NCBI GenBank assembly: GCA_050084985.1
Contig: JBITNC010000001.1
Location: 186,930,001-186,994,000, forward strand
Origin: Nageia nagi
Lineage: Eukaryota; Plantae; Pinophyta
Direction of reading: 5' to 3'
DNA length: 64,000 bases
The notes beneath the pieces were generated by a model. That model had not been told where the DNA came from, ran no database searches, and saw only the letters and a program-made list of their open reading frames with translations. Numbering within the stretch: position 1 is the stretch's first letter; every line of letters begins with the position of its first letter. Of this stretch, positions 62,181-64,000 are shown piece after piece. The position numbers were made by a program, and so were the translations under genes.

Positions 62181-64000
62181 AAAATTATTTATTTTATTTT
62201 CAATTTGAACTTCTAATTTATCAATATTTGAATTTTTTCTACCATAAATAAGATGCCTAATAAAATTGTCAAGCTTGTTTTGATAATATTGATTTAAAAA
62301 TTCATAAATCAACATATAAAATAATAAAACAATTAATTCAAATCCTTAAAATTAAATATAATGTTAATAAGATACAATCAATCAATTGTATTTCTTCTTT
62401 ATTATTTTTATATTTTCCCATTTACAATTATATAAATTTAAATACAATAAAAATCTTCGACTCTAGAAGATTATTGTGAGTTGTTACTGTATAAAACTTA
62501 CTATTGATTTTTTTTTTAAATATTTACCTTTCGATACAAATACTATCTAAAATACATTATAAGGTATTAATGATTTCATTAAATATTTTCTAAATAGAAT
62601 ATTAATATATTAATATCAAAAATCTATTTCTATAGAATTATTTATTATAAATTACTAATCATAATGCAAAATTGCTTAATTACTATTATGATAGCAATAA
62701 TCATAATAAATAAGAAATTAAGAAAAAGAGCCAAACATTATTAAAAATAGAAAACAACCAAATTTAATGCTTAAATAGTTCAAAGGAGCCTCCAAAAGGA
62801 ATGACTCAGACACACAATACATGAACCAATAGAACAAACACCCAATGACATTGTAGCCAACATCAAAATAACATAAAAGTAAGTTCACGTAGCAGAATAG
62901 AATTCATAATGATATAGCAATCAATCTCTCAGACATAATAATAGCCCCATTAAACTTTCAAAAAATAAATTGCAAAGGAAAGCATCATTCACATCAATCG
63001 TTTAGTATTCCCAATATACATGATAGCAACTAGGTTCCTTCTTATTGAGCGGATAGTAGCTTCCTTTTTGTCAGGTTGACAACAAATTTTCGACAACGGA
63101 TTCCCTATTACAACCAAGGTTCTAGCTTTTTCATGGTTGCCATGAAGCATCACATCATGTAGGAGGAAGACTTAAGTAATTAATTTCCCAAAAGGAATGG
63201 CATTCTTGCAAGGAGGAGGACGAAGTAGAGGAGGGGATTCATTGCATATCCACAAATTGTGGAAAAATTGATATACAATGCCATTTTGTTCCCTTATTTT
63301 ATCATCTCTTTGCTGGAAAATGAATTATTATTGTTGTTACATATTTTGTATGGTACATTGAGCAATTGTTTATATAGTAACTTTCTCTTTCCTTCGAGGG
63401 TAAATATATGCAATTAGTTTATAGATTCCTAAGTTAAAATAATTAACGAAACATCTAAAAATATTGTCCAAATTATAGGATGATCATCTTGGTTGTTCTT
63501 CTCTATGGATTTCATTTTATATTGGCCATAAATTGGGTTTTATTGATTCAACTTTGTAAATAAAAGAAATATTATGTAATTGGTAAAAAAGAAAGTTGTG
63601 GGTTGAGAGTAAATAAGTCTTGAGGTTAACTTGTCTTTTGTATTTCAATTTGGACACCTATAAATGGAATTATGCCATGACATTGGTTACTAGGGAGGTA
63701 ATATGCTTACCAATTTAATGTCTTACGCTATCATATAGTTAAACTTTAGGTTTTTGAAACCTCAACTAAAGTACATGATTATATTAACACCAAAATGATG
63801 TAACCTCCTTCAAATTCTATCTTATTTGAGTATAGTCACTAGATAAAAGGGTTTCAATGGATGTTTGAGTAAACTCATAGGCTTGTGGCCATAGAAAAAA
63901 ATACTCCTTTAGTTTATAGCAATATCCCTTGCATGAATTTTATTTACCATTGTATGGCATAAAAAAAGGGAATGTCTTGGACAAGATTGGAGAACAACTA

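Noticed and set aside
62990-63270. Slightly CpG-richer patch with a small palindrome TTCATGG..CCATGAA (possible miRNA or regulatory region)
   Set aside because: The stem is too short and I recognise no mature miRNA.

Overview
AT-rich, CpG-depleted plant nuclear DNA; the element types and decay suggest a large-genome gymnosperm (inference). Most of the window is nested, decayed transposable elements. The one intact host gene is a six-exon DFR-like (dihydroflavonol reductase family) NADPH reductase at 36438-38145 (+, 339 aa). Left part: Tat-type and Athila-type Ty3/gypsy remnants and an L1. Next is a fragmented Mutator-like DDE/SWIM transposase gene (7614-24150) resembling the Arabidopsis At4g13970/At1g60560 family. 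It is split by a full-length chromoviral gypsy element (itself carrying a TRIM-like element) and by a 4.4-kb solo LTR. Three collapsed PPR pseudogene mosaics lie between 19 and 35 kb. Right part: RTE-X-like LINEs with microsatellite tails, and an old Copia carrying nested insertions. The most striking object is a young Copia-type element (49456-57329, perfect TSD, LTRs about 98% identical). It has no gag or protease; in their place is a mosaic of captured host-gene fragments (intron-less class I TPS, PPR, DHHC S-acyltransferase and unidentified pieces). All family assignments come from motif recognition by eye; no database search was run.
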